A stretch of DNA of 63,389 nt, the filler included, from Licmophora abbreviata (lineage: Eukaryota), in NCBI GenBank assembly GCA_900291995.1. It is 20 parts of 20 records of this genome, joined end to end, with 100 filler letters (N's around TTAATTAATTAA, not from the genome) between each part and the next. Parts side by side here need not be neighbours in the genome. Positions count along the whole stretch, not along the records: positions 1 to 4,371 come from OLMU01002886.1; positions 4,472 to 7,451 come from OLMU01002887.1; positions 7,552 to 10,129 come from OLMU01002890.1; positions 10,230 to 16,110 come from OLMU01002891.1; 16 more parts are not named here. One strand, given 5' to 3'. Both the position numbers and the translations under genes were made by a program. Shown here one piece after another: positions 1-11,440 of the stretch (positions are counted from its first letter, which is position 1; each line of letters opens with the position of its first letter). The notes beneath the pieces were generated by a model, which saw only the letters and a program-made list of their open reading frames with translations, made no database searches and was not told where the DNA came from.

Positions 1-1
1 G

Positions 2-870
2 ACCCATTCGAACGACACCACCGGCAAGGACCGCCGTGCAAACGGGTTCCGCCACTTCTTCAACTCCTACATGTCGGGCGCAGCCCTCGCACCGGTGCTG
101 GCGAATGCCTACGGCACGGACCGCAAGGCCTATCACCTGACCGCCGACTACAACTGGGGTTACACCACCGAAGAAGCCATCCGGACCTCGACCGAGGCCA
201 TGGGCTGGGAAACCGTCGGCACCGTGCTGACCCCGCTGACGCAGACCGATTTCTCGTCCTACATCGCGCCTGTTCTGCAGTCCGATGCAGACGTGCTCGT
301 GCTGAACCACTACGGCGGCAACATGGTCAACTCGCTGACCAACGCCGTTCAGTTCGGCCTGCGCGACCGTATCGCCAACGGCAAGAACTTCGAGATCATC
401 GTTCCGCTCTACTCGCGCCTGATGGCCAAGGGCGCCGGCGCCAACGTGAAGGGCATCTTCGGCTCGACCAACTGGCACTGGTCGCTGACAGACGAAGGCT
501 CCAAGGCGTTCGTCAAGTCGTTCGGTGAGAAGTACGGCTTCCCGCCCAGCCAGGCTGCGCATACCTGCTACGTTCAGGCGATCCTTTATGCGGATGCCGT
601 GCAGCGTGCCGGCAGCTTCCAGCCTTGTGCAGTCGTCGAGGCCCTGAAGGCTTCGAATTCGACGGCATGGGCAACGGCCCGACCCTCTACCGTGCCGAAG
701 ACCACCAGTGCTTCAAGGATGTGCTTGTGGTGAAAGGTAAGGAAAACCCGACCAGCGAATTCGACCTTCTGGAAGTCGTCGAAGTCACCCCGGTCGAGCA
801 GGTCACCTATCCCCACGACCACCCGCAGTTCGCGGGCGGCTCGCTTGGGTCCTGCAACAACGGCGCTTAA
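2..870 (+). CDS. ABC transporter periplasmic substrate-binding protein (LivJ/K-like), 5'-partial, with apparent single-base frameshift near 645
   Basis: Open frame from base 2 (THSNDTTGKD...) through ORF 71..733. The plausible C-terminus (EGFEFDGMGNGPTLYRAEDHQCFKD) is in ORF 625..870. Lies directly upstream of Liv-type permeases. Confidence 0.85.
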
Positions 871-977
871 GCCAGTCACTGCCGGCCGCGCGCACTTGCT
901 GCGCGGCCGGATTTGATAAGCGTGCCCTGCCCCTTGCGGCGGGCACGCCCCAATCCCTCTGAATCGCGAAGGATGGA

Positions 978-2012
978 ATGATGGACGCAATCATCCTCCA
1001 AGTCCTGAATGGGCTCGACAAGGGCTCGGCCTATGCGCTTATCGCGCTCGGTCTGACACTTATCTTCGGCACCCTCGGTGTGGTGAACTTCGCGCATGGC
1101 GCGCTGTTCATGATCGGCGCCTTCTGCGCCGTCACTTTGTCACGCATACTGACCCTCAGTCACCAGGTGATCGACGAAACCCGCACCGACTTTCTCGGCA
1201 ATCCGCTCAAGGTGGATGTCCCCTATGTCTATGATATCTTCGGGCAGGCCACGGGCGACGCGATCATCGACTGGGCGGTGCCGCTGTCGATCTTCTTCGC
1301 GATTCCGGTGATGATCCTGATCGGCGTGGTCATGGAGCGCGGCCTGATCAAGCACTTTTACAAGCGCCCCCATGCAGACCAGATCCTCGTGACTTTCGGT
1401 CTGGCGATCGTGCTTCAGGAAATCGTCAAATACTATTATGGCGCCAACCCGATCCCGACCCCCGCACCGGCGGCCTTCACCGGCAGCTTCGATTTCGGCG
1501 CGCTGATCGGCATGGAAGCCAGTAACATCATCTATCCCTACTGGCGCCTCGTCTATTTCGGGTTCGCCGCAATCGTGATCGGGGCCGTCTTCGCGTTCCT
1601 GCAATTCACCACCTTCGGGATGGTGGTGCGCGCGGGCATGGCCGACCGTGAGACGGTGGGCCTTCTGGGCATCAACATCGACCGCCGCTTCACCATCATG
1701 TTCGGCATTGCCGCCGCCGTGGCCGGGCTTGCAGGGGTGATGTACACCCCCATCAACTCGCCGAACTACCACATGGGCATGGACTTCCTTGTTCTCAGCT
1801 TCGTGGTGGTGGTCGTAGGCGGCATGGGCTCTCTGCCCGGCGCCGTGCTTGCGGGCTTCCTGCTGGGTATCCTCGAAAGCTTCGCCTCGATGCGCGAAGT
1901 GATCAACATCCTTCCCGGCATCAACCAGATCATCATCTACCTGGTTGCCATTATCATTCTGCTGACACGTCCGCGGGGCCTGATGGGCCGCAAGGGCGTG
2001 ATGGAGGACTAA
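978..2012 (+). CDS. Branched-chain amino acid-type ABC transporter permease (LivH-like)
   Basis: ALGLTLIFG-VVNFAHG and VVVGGMGSLPGA motifs; hydrophobic; operon context. Confidence 0.92.
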   Translation: MMDAIILQVLNGLDKGSAYALIALGLTLIFGTLGVVNFAHGALFMIGAFCAVTLSRILTLSHQVIDETRTDFLGNPLKVDVPYVYDIFGQATGDAIIDWAVPLSIFFAIPVMILIGVVMERGLIKHFYKRPHADQILVTFGLAIVLQEIVKYYYGANPIPTPAPAAFTGSFDFGALIGMEASNIIYPYWRLVYFGFAAIVIGAVFAFLQFTTFGMVVRAGMADRETVGLLGINIDRRFTIMFGIAAAVAGLAGVMYTPINSPNYHMGMDFLVLSFVVVVVGGMGSLPGAVLAGFLLGILESFASMREVINILPGINQIIIYLVAIIILLTRPRGLMGRKGVMED

Positions 2013-2015
2013 GCC

Positions 2016-3260
2016 ATGTTAGGCCTGGACAAGAAAGACACCTCGCTGCTCATCCTCGTCGCGATCCTGACGATGCTGGCACCCTTCATATTGAACCCCT
2101 TCCCCGCAAGCTCCGGCATGGCGCAGTTCAACGCGGGCTACCCCGACCTGATGCAGCGCTTCGTGATCTTCGGGATCTTCGCCATCGGCTTCAACATCCT
2201 GTTCGGCCTGACCGGCTATCTCAGCTTCGGTCACGCCGCCTTCATCGGTGTCGGCTCCTACGCGGCAATGTGGATGTTCAAGCTGGTTGGCATGAACGTG
2301 CTGCCGGCGCTGGCCCTGTCGATCGTGATGTCCGGCCTGTTCGCGGTGGTCATCGGATATGTCAGCCTCAGGCGCTCCGGTATCTACTTCTCGATCCTCA
2401 CGCTGGCCTTCGCGATGATGTCTTATGCCCTCGCCTATTCGGTGCTGGCGACGGACATGGACGGCCCCGACAAGCAGGGCCTGCTGCAAAAAGGTCTGAC
2501 CGGTGGCGAAACAGGCCTGCAACTAACGCTGCAGGATCCCCGGATCCTTGGCCAACAAAGCACGGTTGATGGCAACCTCCCGGTGCCCAGCCTCTTCGGT
2601 CTCGAAATGCGCAGCTCCACGGAACTTGCCATGGGTGACTGGGTCTTCACCTTCTCGACCGGCTATTACTTCTGTGCCGTCGTGATGCTGCTCGCCTTCT
2701 ATCTGTCGATCCGGATTTTCCGGTCACCCTTCGGCATGATGTTGCGGGCGATCAAATCCAACCAGCAGCGGATCAACTATACCGGCCTGAACGCCAAGCC
2801 CTACATGCTCGCGGCTTTCGTGATCTCGGGCATGTATGCCGGACTGGCCGGCGGCCTGATGGCCGCAATGGATCCTCTTGCCGGACCGGAGCGGATGTTC
2901 TGGACCGCCTCGGGCGAGGTGGTTTTGATGACCATCCTCGGTGGCGTCGGCACGCTGATCGGCCCGGTTCTGGGCGCGGGTCTTATCAAGTACATGGAAA
3001 ACATCCTGTCCAAGATCAACGCAGACATCCTGCACACATGGTTCGCGTTCCTGCCTGATGGACTCGAGGATTTCGTGGTCAGCATGGTCTATCCCTTCAT
3101 CGGCAAGGGCTGGCACCTGACACTGGGTCTGATGTTCATGGCCGTCGTGATCTTCCTGCCCGGTGGGCTGGTCGAAGCAGGCCAACGGATTTCCCGCCTT
3201 CTCAAGGGCCGCAAGGTCCAGGATGGCGCCAAGAAATCCACAACCGAACCCGCCGAATAA
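2016..3260 (+). CDS. Branched-chain amino acid-type ABC transporter permease (LivM-like)
   Basis: [22 protein letters not shown] and [15 protein letters not shown] motifs. Confidence 0.92.
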   Translation: MLGLDKKDTSLLILVAILTMLAPFILNPFPASSGMAQFNAGYPDLMQRFVIFGIFAIGFNILFGLTGYLSFGHAAFIGVGSYAAMWMFKLVGMNVLPALALSIVMSGLFAVVIGYVSLRRSGIYFSILTLAFAMMSYALAYSVLATDMDGPDKQGLLQKGLTGGETGLQLTLQDPRILGQQSTVDGNLPVPSLFGLEMRSSTELAMGDWVFTFSTGYYFCAVVMLLAFYLSIRIFRSPFGMMLRAIKSNQQRINYTGLNAKPYMLAAFVISGMYAGLAGGLMAAMDPLAGPERMFWTASGEVVLMTILGGVGTLIGPVLGAGLIKYMENILSKINADILHTWFAFLPDGLEDFVVSMVYPFIGKGWHLTLGLMFMAVVIFLPGGLVEAGQRISRLLKGRKVQDGAKKSTTEPAE

Positions 3261-3273
3261 GGAGAGCCGAACA

Positions 3274-4029
3274 ATGGGCATTCTTGAAGTCAAGGACGTG
3301 AACAAGCGCTTCGGCGGTCTCCAGGCACTGGGCAACGTCAACCTCAGCGTGGCGGAGAACTCCTGCCACGCGATCATCGGGCCGAACGGCGCGGGCAAAT
3401 CCACCCTGCTCAACGTGCTGATCGGCAAGCTGATCCCCGATACAGGCAGCGTCATGTTCGATGGCCAGTCGGTGCTGGGGCGCAAACCCTATGAGATCAA
3501 CCAGATGGGCATTTCCCGGGTGTTCCAGACACCCGAGATCTTCGGCGACCTGACGGTGCTGGAAAACATGCTGATCCCGATTTTCGCCAGCCGCGACGGT
3601 GCCTTCCGCATGCATGCAATCGAAAACACCGCAAGCGAGAAAGAGGTCATCGAAGAGGCCGAACACATGCTGGAAGAGCTTGGCATGGCGGACAAACTCC
3701 ATTTCCACTCGGCCTCGATGAGCCGCGGTGACAAGCGGCGTCTGGAAATCGGCATGTGCCTGGCGCAAAAGCCGCGCCTTTTGCTGCTGGACGAGCCCAC
3801 CGCCGGCATGGCGCGGGCGGACACCAACAACACCATCGACCTGCTCAAGCAGATCAAGGAAGAGCGCGACATCACCATCGCGATCATCGAACATGACATG
3901 CATGTGGTGTTCAGCCTTGCCGAACGCATAACCGTTCTGGCGCAAGGCTCCCCGCTCGTCGAGGATACGCCGGAAAAGATCAAGGGCCATCCCAAGGTGC
4001 GCGAAGCCTATCTTGGCGAAACGGCTTAA
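3274..4029 (+). CDS. ABC transporter ATP-binding protein (LivG-like)
   Basis: Walker A GPNGAGKST, LLLLDEP, IEHDM, terminal VREAYLG; RBS aggag before ATG 3274. Confidence 0.93.
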   Translation: MGILEVKDVNKRFGGLQALGNVNLSVAENSCHAIIGPNGAGKSTLLNVLIGKLIPDTGSVMFDGQSVLGRKPYEINQMGISRVFQTPEIFGDLTVLENMLIPIFASRDGAFRMHAIENTASEKEVIEEAEHMLEELGMADKLHFHSASMSRGDKRRLEIGMCLAQKPRLLLLDEPTAGMARADTNNTIDLLKQIKEERDITIAIIEHDMHVVFSLAERITVLAQGSPLVEDTPEKIKGHPKVREAYLGETA

Positions 4030-4044
4030 AAAGGAGATCACGAG

Positions 4045-4872
4045 ATGAACGTCAAACCGGAATTCTCAAAGGGCAAGAACTACGCCGAAAGCGCTCCGGC
4101 TTTCCTGTCGGTCTGGGAGATGCAGGCCTATTACGGCGAAAGCTACATCGTCCAGAACATCAGCTTCAACGTCCACGAAGGCGAGATTCTGGCGCTGCTC
4201 GGTCGCAACGGCGCGGGCAAGACCACCACGCTGCGCGCCATCGCGCGGATGGACAGTCCGGAGGTCAACCATGGTGAGATCTGGCTCGACCATAAGCCGC
4301 TCCACTCCATGAAAAGCCATGAGGCGGCGGTGTCGGGCATCGGACTGGTGCCCGAAGACCGGCGCATCATCNNNNNNNNNNNNNNNNNNNNNNNNNNNNN
4401 NNNNNNNNNNNNNNNTTAATTAATTAANNNNNNNNNNNNNNNNNNNNNNNNNNNNNNNNNNNNNNNNNNNNAGCTTGCACAAATCACCCCGCCGATCGGC
4501 TGGTCGCTCGATCGCCTCTACGAGCTCTTCCCGCGTCTCGCCGAACGGCGCAAGCAGGAAGGCACCACCCTGTCGGGTGGCGAACAGCAGATGCTGGCGG
4601 TGGCCCGCGCTCTTGCGCGTGACATCAAGGTTCTGCTGCTCGATGAACCCTACGAGGGGCTGGCCCCGGTGATCGTGGACGAGATCGAAAAGACTCTCCG
4701 CATCATCAAGGAACAGGGCATGACGACGATCCTCGTGGAACAGAACGCCGTGCGCGCTCTGGAACTCGCCGACCGTGCGATCATTCTCGACACCGGCTCG
4801 ATCGTGTTCGACGGGTCTGCCAAGGAAGTTCTTGAAAACGAGTCGCTGCGCGCGGAATATCTCGCGATCTGA
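4045..4872 (+). CDS. ABC transporter ATP-binding protein (LivF-like), split by assembly linker 4372-4471
   Basis: GRNGAGKTT before the gap; [16 protein letters not shown] and VEQN after it. Confidence 0.9.
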
Positions 4873-4964
4873 ACCCGTCGCACTCTCGGCCCGCCGGCGT
4901 GGTTGCACACGGATCGGCGGGCCCTTACCATTCCGCCCGGAATAGAAGAAAGAAAAGGTCAGAT

Positions 4965-6914
4965 ATGTCCGATAAAACCTATCCGCCCTCAGCCGATTTT
5001 GCTGCAAAGGCACATATCGACGCCGCGAAATACCAAGATCTCTACGCCGCTTCCATGGCCGATCCCGACGCCTTCTGGGCCGAACACGGCAAGCGCATCG
5101 ACTGGATCAAGCCCTTCTCCAAGGTTAATGACGTCAATTTCGACTTCGGGAACGTCTCGATCAAATGGTTCGAAGACGGCACCCTGAACGTTTCGGCCAA
5201 CTGCATCGACCGGCACCTCGCCACGCGCGGCGACCAGACCGCGATCATATGGGAGCCCGACGAGCCCGGCGATGACGCCCTGCATATCACCTATCGCGAA
5301 CTGCACGAGCATGTCTGCAAGATGGCGAACGTGCTCAAGAACCTTGGCATCTCCAAGGGCGACCGCGTTGTGATCTACATGCCGATGATCCCCGAAGCGG
5401 CCTATGCCATGCTGGCCTGTGCCCGGATCGGCGCCATCCATTCTATCGTATTCGCGGGCTTCTCTCCGGATGCGCTTGGCGCCCGGGTCAATGGCTGCGA
5501 TGCCAAACTGGTCATCACGTCCGACACCGCCCCGCGCGGTGGCCGCAAGACCAAGCTCAAGGACAACGTCAATCAGGCCCTCCTGCATGACGTGGACGAC
5601 GTGAAATGCCTTGTGGTGCGCCGCACCGGCGACCAGATCGCGTGGCGCTCCAGCGGCGACTACTGGCTCCACGAAGAGCTCGAGAAGGTCGATGCCGACT
5701 GCCCGCCCGAGGAAATGAACGCCGAAGACCCGCTCTTCATCCTCTACACTTCCGGCTCGACCGGCCAGCCCAAGGGTGTGGTGCACACGCAGGGCGGCTA
5801 TCTGGTCTGGGCCTCGATGACCCATGAATACGTGTTCGACTATCACGAGGGCGATATCTTCTGGTGCACCGCCGATGTCGGCTGGGTCACCGGCCACAGC
5901 TATATCGTCTATGGTCCGCTGGCCAATGGCGCGACAACGCTGATGTTCGAAGGCGTGCCAACCTATCCCGATGCGGGCCGGTTCTGGGCCGTGTGCGAAA
6001 AGCACAAGGTCAATCAGTTCTACACCGCCCCCACCGCAATCCGGGCGCTGATGGGTCAGGGCAATGACTACGTGACGAAATACGACCTGTCGGACCTCAA
6101 GCTTCTGGGCACGGTGGGCGAGCCGATCAACCCCGAAGCCTGGAACTGGTACAACGAGGTGATCGGCAAAGGCCGATGCCCCATCGTCGACACCTGGTGG
6201 CAGACCGAAACCGGCGGCCACCTCATCACGCCCCTGCCGGGCGCCATCGCGACCAAACCCGGTTCCGCCACCGTGCCGTTCTTCGGCGTGCGGCCCATGG
6301 TTCTGGAAACCGAGTCCGGCAAAGAGATCGACAGCACCGAGGCCGAAGGCGTGCTTGCTATCAAGGACAGCTGGCCAGGTCAGATGCGCACCGTCTGGGG
6401 CGATCACGACCGGTTCGAGGCCACCTATTTCCAGCAATACAAGGGCTATTACTTCACCGGTGACGGGTGTCGGCGCGATGCAGACGGCTATTACTGGATC
6501 ACCGGGCGCGTCGACGACGTCATCAACGTCTCGGGGCACCGTATGGGCACCGCCGAGGTTGAATCCGCCCTTGTCGCCCATGCCAAGGTGGCCGAAGCCG
6601 CCGTGGTCGGCTACCCACATGACATCAAGGGACAAGGCATCTACGCCTATGTCACCCTGATGTCCGGCGAAGAGCCGACCGAAGAGCTCCGCAAGGAACT
6701 GGAAACCTGGGTGCGCTCGGAAATCGGCCCGATCGCCAAGCCTGACCTGATCCAGTGGGCGCCCGGCCTGCCCAAGACCCGGTCCGGCAAGATCATGCGC
6801 CGCATCCTGCGCAAGATCGCCGAGAACGAGTTTGACAATCTCGGCGACACCTCCACGCTGGCCGATCCGGGCGTGGTGGACGATCTGATCGAAAACCGCA
6901 TGAACCGCCACTGA
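4965..6914 (+). CDS. acs: Acetyl-CoA synthetase (acetate-CoA ligase)
   Basis: [14 protein letters not shown]-binding loop, [22 protein letters not shown]. Confidence 0.97.
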   Translation: MSDKTYPPSADFAAKAHIDAAKYQDLYAASMADPDAFWAEHGKRIDWIKPFSKVNDVNFDFGNVSIKWFEDGTLNVSANCIDRHLATRGDQTAIIWEPDEPGDDALHITYRELHEHVCKMANVLKNLGISKGDRVVIYMPMIPEAAYAMLACARIGAIHSIVFAGFSPDALGARVNGCDAKLVITSDTAPRGGRKTKLKDNVNQALLHDVDDVKCLVVRRTGDQIAWRSSGDYWLHEELEKVDADCPPEEMNAEDPLFILYTSGSTGQPKGVVHTQGGYLVWASMTHEYVFDYHEGDIFWCTADVGWVTGHSYIVYGPLANGATTLMFEGVPTYPDAGRFWAVCEKHKVNQFYTAPTAIRALMGQGNDYVTKYDLSDLKLLGTVGEPINPEAWNWYNEVIGKGRCPIVDTWWQTETGGHLITPLPGAIATKPGSATVPFFGVRPMVLETESGKEIDSTEAEGVLAIKDSWPGQMRTVWGDHDRFEATYFQQYKGYYFTGDGCRRDADGYYWITGRVDDVINVSGHRMGTAEVESALVAHAKVAEAAVVGYPHDIKGQGIYAYVTLMSGEEPTEELRKELETWVRSEIGPIAKPDLIQWAPGLPKTRSGKIMRRILRKIAENEFDNLGDTSTLADPGVVDDLIENRMNRH

Positions 6915-6983
6915 CACTGAAGCTGGTACTGGCGCGGCGCGGCGCGGGGTCACCCTGTCGGCCCGGCGGCATCACTGAAAACA

Positions 6984-7017
6984 CCCCCCGCAAGGCCCCT
7001 GCCTTGCGGGGGGTTTT
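6984..7017 (+). terminator. Intrinsic terminator after acs
   Basis: 13-bp stem ccccccgcaaggc/gccttgcgggggg followed by tttt. Confidence 0.85.
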
Positions 7018-7123
7018 ACGTTTGTCGCAAACGGGCGAGACCAAGGTCGTCTCTGCACTATCGTGACCGCGTGGCGCCAGCCGATCCGGTGCCCGCCCCT
7101 CGAACAACCCGGATGCCCCGCTC

Positions 7124-7451
7124 ATGTCGTTGCTGGCACCAGACAGCCCACGTCTGCCCTCCCGTGCCCTGCATGGCATTCTCTGCGTGGAAATCGGCAC
7201 GTTGTTATTCGTCGCTCAGGACGCGATGATGAAATCCATGCTGGCGATCTATCCGATCTGGACACTGATTTTCGTCCGATCAGTGATGTCGGTGTTGGTG
7301 CTTTTACCGCTGATCCTGCTGCTTGGCGCTCCGCATCGCCTGCTGACCCCGCTCTGGCCGCTGCATCTGGCGCGTGCGGCTCTGTTCACCATCGGATTTT
7401 CCCTGTTCTACGCGGCGTTCCCCTTCATGGGGCTGGCCGAGGTGACAACGA
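7124..7451 (+). CDS. DMT/EamA family transporter, 3'-truncated by linker
   Basis: Hydrophobic helices; QDAMMK...IFVRS...LAEVT pattern typical of EamA repeats. Confidence 0.75.
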
Positions 7452-7551
7452 NNNNNNNNNNNNNNNNNNNNNNNNNNNNNNNNNNNNNNNNNNNNTTAAT
7501 TAATTAANNNNNNNNNNNNNNNNNNNNNNNNNNNNNNNNNNNNNNNNNNNN

Positions 7552-7812
7552 CTCTTCCGCGTAATGCCCGTCCGGCACATCCAGATCATCGGTCAGCGCA
7601 GACCCCGTCAGCGCCGCCCCCACACCGCGCAGATCGACCACGCGATGCGCCACACCCAAGCGCTCCGCACAGCGCGCGGCAAAATCCAGCTCCTTGGCAT
7701 GACGCTGGCCATAATCGAACGACAAAAGTCCCGCCAGCTCATGTTCGGCGGCGACCTTATGGGCAAGCGATACCGAATCCAGCCCGCCCGAGCAGATGAC
7801 GATAGTCTTCAT
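7552..7812 (-). CDS. queC: 7-cyano-7-deazaguanine synthase, 3'-truncated by linker
   Basis: MKTIVICSGGLDS PP-loop, SFDYGQRH, SALT..VPDGHY. Confidence 0.93.
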
Positions 7813-7819
7813 TCCTGTG

Positions 7820-7851
7820 TCCTTGTTTTGAGCGGGTAGGCTGCGACCGCA
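7820..7851 (-). ncRNA. preQ1 class I riboswitch (type II-like) in the queC leader
   Basis: Minus strand reads UGCGGUCGCAGCCUACCCGCUCAAAACAAGGA: P1 stem GCGG/CCGC, loop UCGCAG and tail CAAAACAAG. These are the elements of the T. tengcongensis preQ1-I aptamer, and it ends 7 nt before the queC ATG. Confidence 0.82.
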
Positions 7852-7945
7852 TGGGGCGCATCTAATCTCTATGACCGCCGATGGCAAGAACGCCGCGCAC
7901 GCGATGCCCCTTGGAACCCCTCTCGGCACGGGCCATAGTCGCGCC

Positions 7946-8497
7946 ATGGACATCTCGGCCCTCGCCTTTCAGAACGCCCCCATCGGCCTTGCCGTGCTGG
8001 AAAACCGCGTGATCCGGCAGTGCAACGTGCAATTCGCCCGGACCTTCGGGGGGCCGACCGGCGATGTCTCCGATTTCACCGATGTTCCTCTGGCGCGCTA
8101 CTACCCCTCCATCGCGGATTACGCGCGCATCGGGGAACGCGCGCTTGCCGCCATGCGCGACACCGGGCGCTACTCGGATGAACGGGTGATGAAACGCGCC
8201 GATGGGACGCTCTTCTGGTGTCGTGCGCGGGGCCAGTCGGTCACCCCCGACGATCCTTTCCGGCGCGGCGTGTGGTCCTTCACCGATCTGTCCGAAGAAC
8301 GCCCCCTTGTGGCCCTGACCACGCGCGAGCGCGAAGTGGCGATTCTCACCTGCCGTGGCATGACCTCCAAGGAAATCGGGCTGGAACTGGGCCTCAGCTA
8401 CCGCACGATCGAGGTCTACCGCGCCCGCCTTCTCGAAAAATTCAATGCCCGCAAGCTGGCCGAACTGGTCGCCAAGCTTTCCGGGATGCCACTCTGA
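7946..8497 (+). CDS. PAS-domain LuxR-family transcriptional regulator
   Basis: N-terminal PAS-like segment (AFQNAPIG...RADGTLFW); C-terminal LuxR HTH LTTREREV..G.TSKEIG.ELGLSYRTIEVYR. Confidence 0.88.
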   Translation: MDISALAFQNAPIGLAVLENRVIRQCNVQFARTFGGPTGDVSDFTDVPLARYYPSIADYARIGERALAAMRDTGRYSDERVMKRADGTLFWCRARGQSVTPDDPFRRGVWSFTDLSEERPLVALTTREREVAILTCRGMTSKEIGLELGLSYRTIEVYRARLLEKFNARKLAELVAKLSGMPL

Positions 8498-8667
8498 TCC
8501 CGTCCCCGTGCGGCACTCTTGGCCGCAAACCTCGCAATCAGGCGCGCGAGTAACCATTTTGCAAGGGGAAATGCCCGCTTTTCTCAGGCCGCGCCATGCC
8601 CTATAAGCGGCAAAAATCGAAAAACGCGATGGCGCCGCGGCAGCCATCGAAAGCGTCGAGGAACCAG

Positions 8668-9165
8668 ATGCCGAACAAAACAAATGACGCAGACGTGGCC
8701 TTCATCAAGGCCCTGGCCGAGCTTCTGCATGAAAACGACCTGACCGAATTGCAGGTCAAACGCGAATACGGCGAGAATGACGCGCTCAACGTGCGCGTCA
8801 GCCGCCGGACCGAGATCGTGACCCATGTCGCCGCCCCCGCGGCCCCGGCCCCCGGCCCGGCGCATTCGGGCTATGCGCCCGCACCGGCCCCGGCCGCTGA
8901 TGCAGGCTCGGTCGAAGACCCCGCCAGCCATCCCGGCGCCGTCACCTCCCCGATGGTCGGCACCGTCTACACGCAGGCCGAACCGGGCGCGCCCTCCTTC
9001 GTCAGCGTCGGCGACAAGGTGGCCGAAGGCGACACGCTGCTGATCGTCGAGGCGATGAAAACCATGAACCATATCCCCGCCCCCCGTGGCGGCACCGTCA
9101 AGCGCATCCTCGTCGAGGATGGCGCGGCCGTCGAATACGGCGCGCCGCTGATGATCATCGAATAA
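8668..9165 (+). CDS. accB: Acetyl-CoA carboxylase biotin carboxyl carrier protein
   Basis: EAMKTMN biotinylation motif; Ala/Pro linker; SPMVGT. Confidence 0.96.
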   Translation: MPNKTNDADVAFIKALAELLHENDLTELQVKREYGENDALNVRVSRRTEIVTHVAAPAAPAPGPAHSGYAPAPAPAADAGSVEDPASHPGAVTSPMVGTVYTQAEPGAPSFVSVGDKVAEGDTLLIVEAMKTMNHIPAPRGGTVKRILVEDGAAVEYGAPLMIIE

Positions 9166-9175
9166 GGGCACTCGC

Positions 9176-10547
9176 ATGTTCGACAAGATCCTGGTGGCAA
9201 ACCGCGGAGAGATCGCGCTTCGCGTGATCCGCGCCGCCCGCGAGATGGGCATTCACACGGTCGCTGTGCACTCGACCGCGGATGCCGACGCGATGCATGT
9301 GCGTATGGCCGACGAATCCGTCTGCATCGGCCCGCCCCCAAGCAGCGAAAGCTACCTGTCGATCCCGTCGATCATTGCCGCCTGCGAAGTGACAGGCGCC
9401 CAAGCGATCCATCCCGGATATGGCTTCCTGTCCGAAAACGCCAATTTCGTGCAGATCGTTGAAGACCACGGCCTGACCTTCATCGGCCCGACCTCCGAAC
9501 ATATCCGCATCATGGGCGACAAGATCACCGCCAAGGACACCATGAAAGCCCTGGGTGTGCCCTGCGTGCCCGGCTCGGACGGTGGCGTCGCCACATTGGC
9601 CGACGCCAAGCGCCTTGGCGAAGAGATCGGCTATCCGGTCATCATCAAGGCCACCGCCGGTGGCGGCGGACGCGGCATGAAAGTGGCAGAAACCGCTGCC
9701 GACATGGAACGCGCCTTCATGACCGCGCGCTCCGAAGGCAAGGCCGCCTTCGGCAATGACGAGGTCTATATCGAGAAATACCTCCAGACCCCGCGCCATA
9801 TCGAAATTCAGGTCTTCGGCGATGGCAAGGGCGGCGCGGTCCATCTGGGCGAGCGGGATTGCTCGCTGCAGCGCCGTCACCAGAAGGTCTTCGAAGAAGC
9901 CCCCGGACCCTGTATCAGCGCCGAAGAGCGCGCCCGCATCGGCAAGACCTGCGCCGACGCCGTGGCCGCGATCAACTATGCTGGCGCCGGCACGATCGAG
10001 TTTCTTTACGAACACGGCGAATTCTACTTCATTGAGATGAACACCCGCCTGCAGGTCGAACATCCCGTGACCGAGGCGATCTCCGGTGTCGATCTGGTGC
10101 AGGAACAGATCCGCGTCGCCGAAGGACACNNNNNNNNNNNNNNNNNNNNNNNNNNNNNNNNNNNNNNNNNNNNTTAATTAATTAANNNNNNNNNNNNNNN
10201 NNNNNNNNNNNNNNNNNNNNNNNNNNNNNGAGTTCTCGCCGCGCCCCGGACGTATCACCCAGTTTCATACACCCGGTGGTCTGGGCGTGCGGATGGATTC
10301 GGCGCTTTATGACGGTTACACGATCCCGCCCTATTACGATTCGCTGATCGGCAAGCTGATCGTGCATGGCCGCGACCGCAACGCCGCCCTGAACCGGCTC
10401 AACCGCGCCTTGGGCGAATTGATCGTCGATGGCGTCGATACCACCGTGCCGCTCTTTCACGCCCTCTTGCAGGAACCCGACATCCAGACCGGCAATTACA
10501 ACATCCATTGGCTGGAAAACTGGCTGCTCACGAACCTTCAGGGCTGA
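9176..10547 (+). CDS. accC: Biotin carboxylase, split by linker 10130-10229
   Basis: [43 protein letters not shown]-terminal [13 protein letters not shown] after the gap. Confidence 0.96.
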
Positions 10548-11178
10548 GGGCGGGAACAAGCGTAAAGCTCGCCCTGCATTTGGCGCCCGACTGGAAATAA
10601 TCCGACAGGCCAAGCCGCGCCTGCGCCTCCAGCATCGTCCAGTCGATCCAGTCAAGCTCGAACCCGGCAACCCGCGCCGAAAGCGCCACCGCTCCACGAC
10701 TGGGCAAGAGCCGCAGACCCGGCGCACCGCAGACAGGCCGCTTGATATGTTCCATCAGCAAGACGGGCGCTTCGCTGACCGCGAAAAGCCCGTCCACAAT
10801 GACCAGTCTGGGGCGAAGCCCGGCCACCATGCTCAACAGCCCCGGCAGATCCGCGCATCCCTCGAGCATGTCGAAAAGCGCGATCACATCATGGCGCTCT
10901 CCTGCCGCTGCCTCGGCGCGCAGGGCCTTTTGCGGATCAGCGCATCGCATCTCGATTCGGCTGCGCAGCCCCACCTCGGGCAAACGTCCGAACCGCGCCA
11001 CCTCGGCGCGCCGCGCCTCCACGCCGATCACCCGAAGCGCGCCCACCGCCGCATAGGCGTGACACCACCGGCCATCCCCGGCCCCAAGCAGCAAGACCGT
11101 CGAATCCGCGATCACATGCCGGAAGCCATCCACAAGCATCGCATGGCGCGCCTGCGTCCGATTGGCCGCCAAGGTCAC
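10528..11178 (-). CDS. Putative class I SAM-dependent methyltransferase-like protein
   Basis: VLLLGAGDGRW motif-I-like sequence followed by VIGVEAR; otherwise divergent. Confidence 0.6.
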   Translation of the reverse strand: MTLAANRTQARHAMLVDGFRHVIADSTVLLLGAGDGRWCHAYAAVGALRVIGVEARRAEVARFGRLPEVGLRSRIEMRCADPQKALRAEAAAGERHDVIALFDMLEGCADLPGLLSMVAGLRPRLVIVDGLFAVSEAPVLLMEHIKRPVCGAPGLRLLPSRGAVALSARVAGFELDWIDWTMLEAQARLGLSDYFQSGAKCRASFTLVPALSPEGS

Positions 11179-11440
11179 GTCATCGCCAAAAATCCCACTG
11201 ACGCCTCATCCAGACCTGTCATCAAGATCGCCTTTTCCAACCTGAAGCGTTTCGCGAAAAACTTGGACCACGGATTTTCGTGAAATGCAGTGCTGCGTTC
11301 CCTCGTTGCACGCAATCCGCCTTTGGCTGATGCCTCCGGATCAAGGCGGACCGCTTTATGCCCTTGCCGGTCTAGCACTGCAGAGGATACCAAAGCGTTA
11401 ATCCCGGTCCTGTTCTGTCCCGAAAGTGCCACAAAGCCTT

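Noticed and set aside
7552..7812. queC as part of a Dpd DNA-modification or QatABCD defence island
   Set aside because: Host-like composition, a preQ1 riboswitch and housekeeping neighbours point to ordinary queuosine synthesis; downstream genes are lost in the gap.
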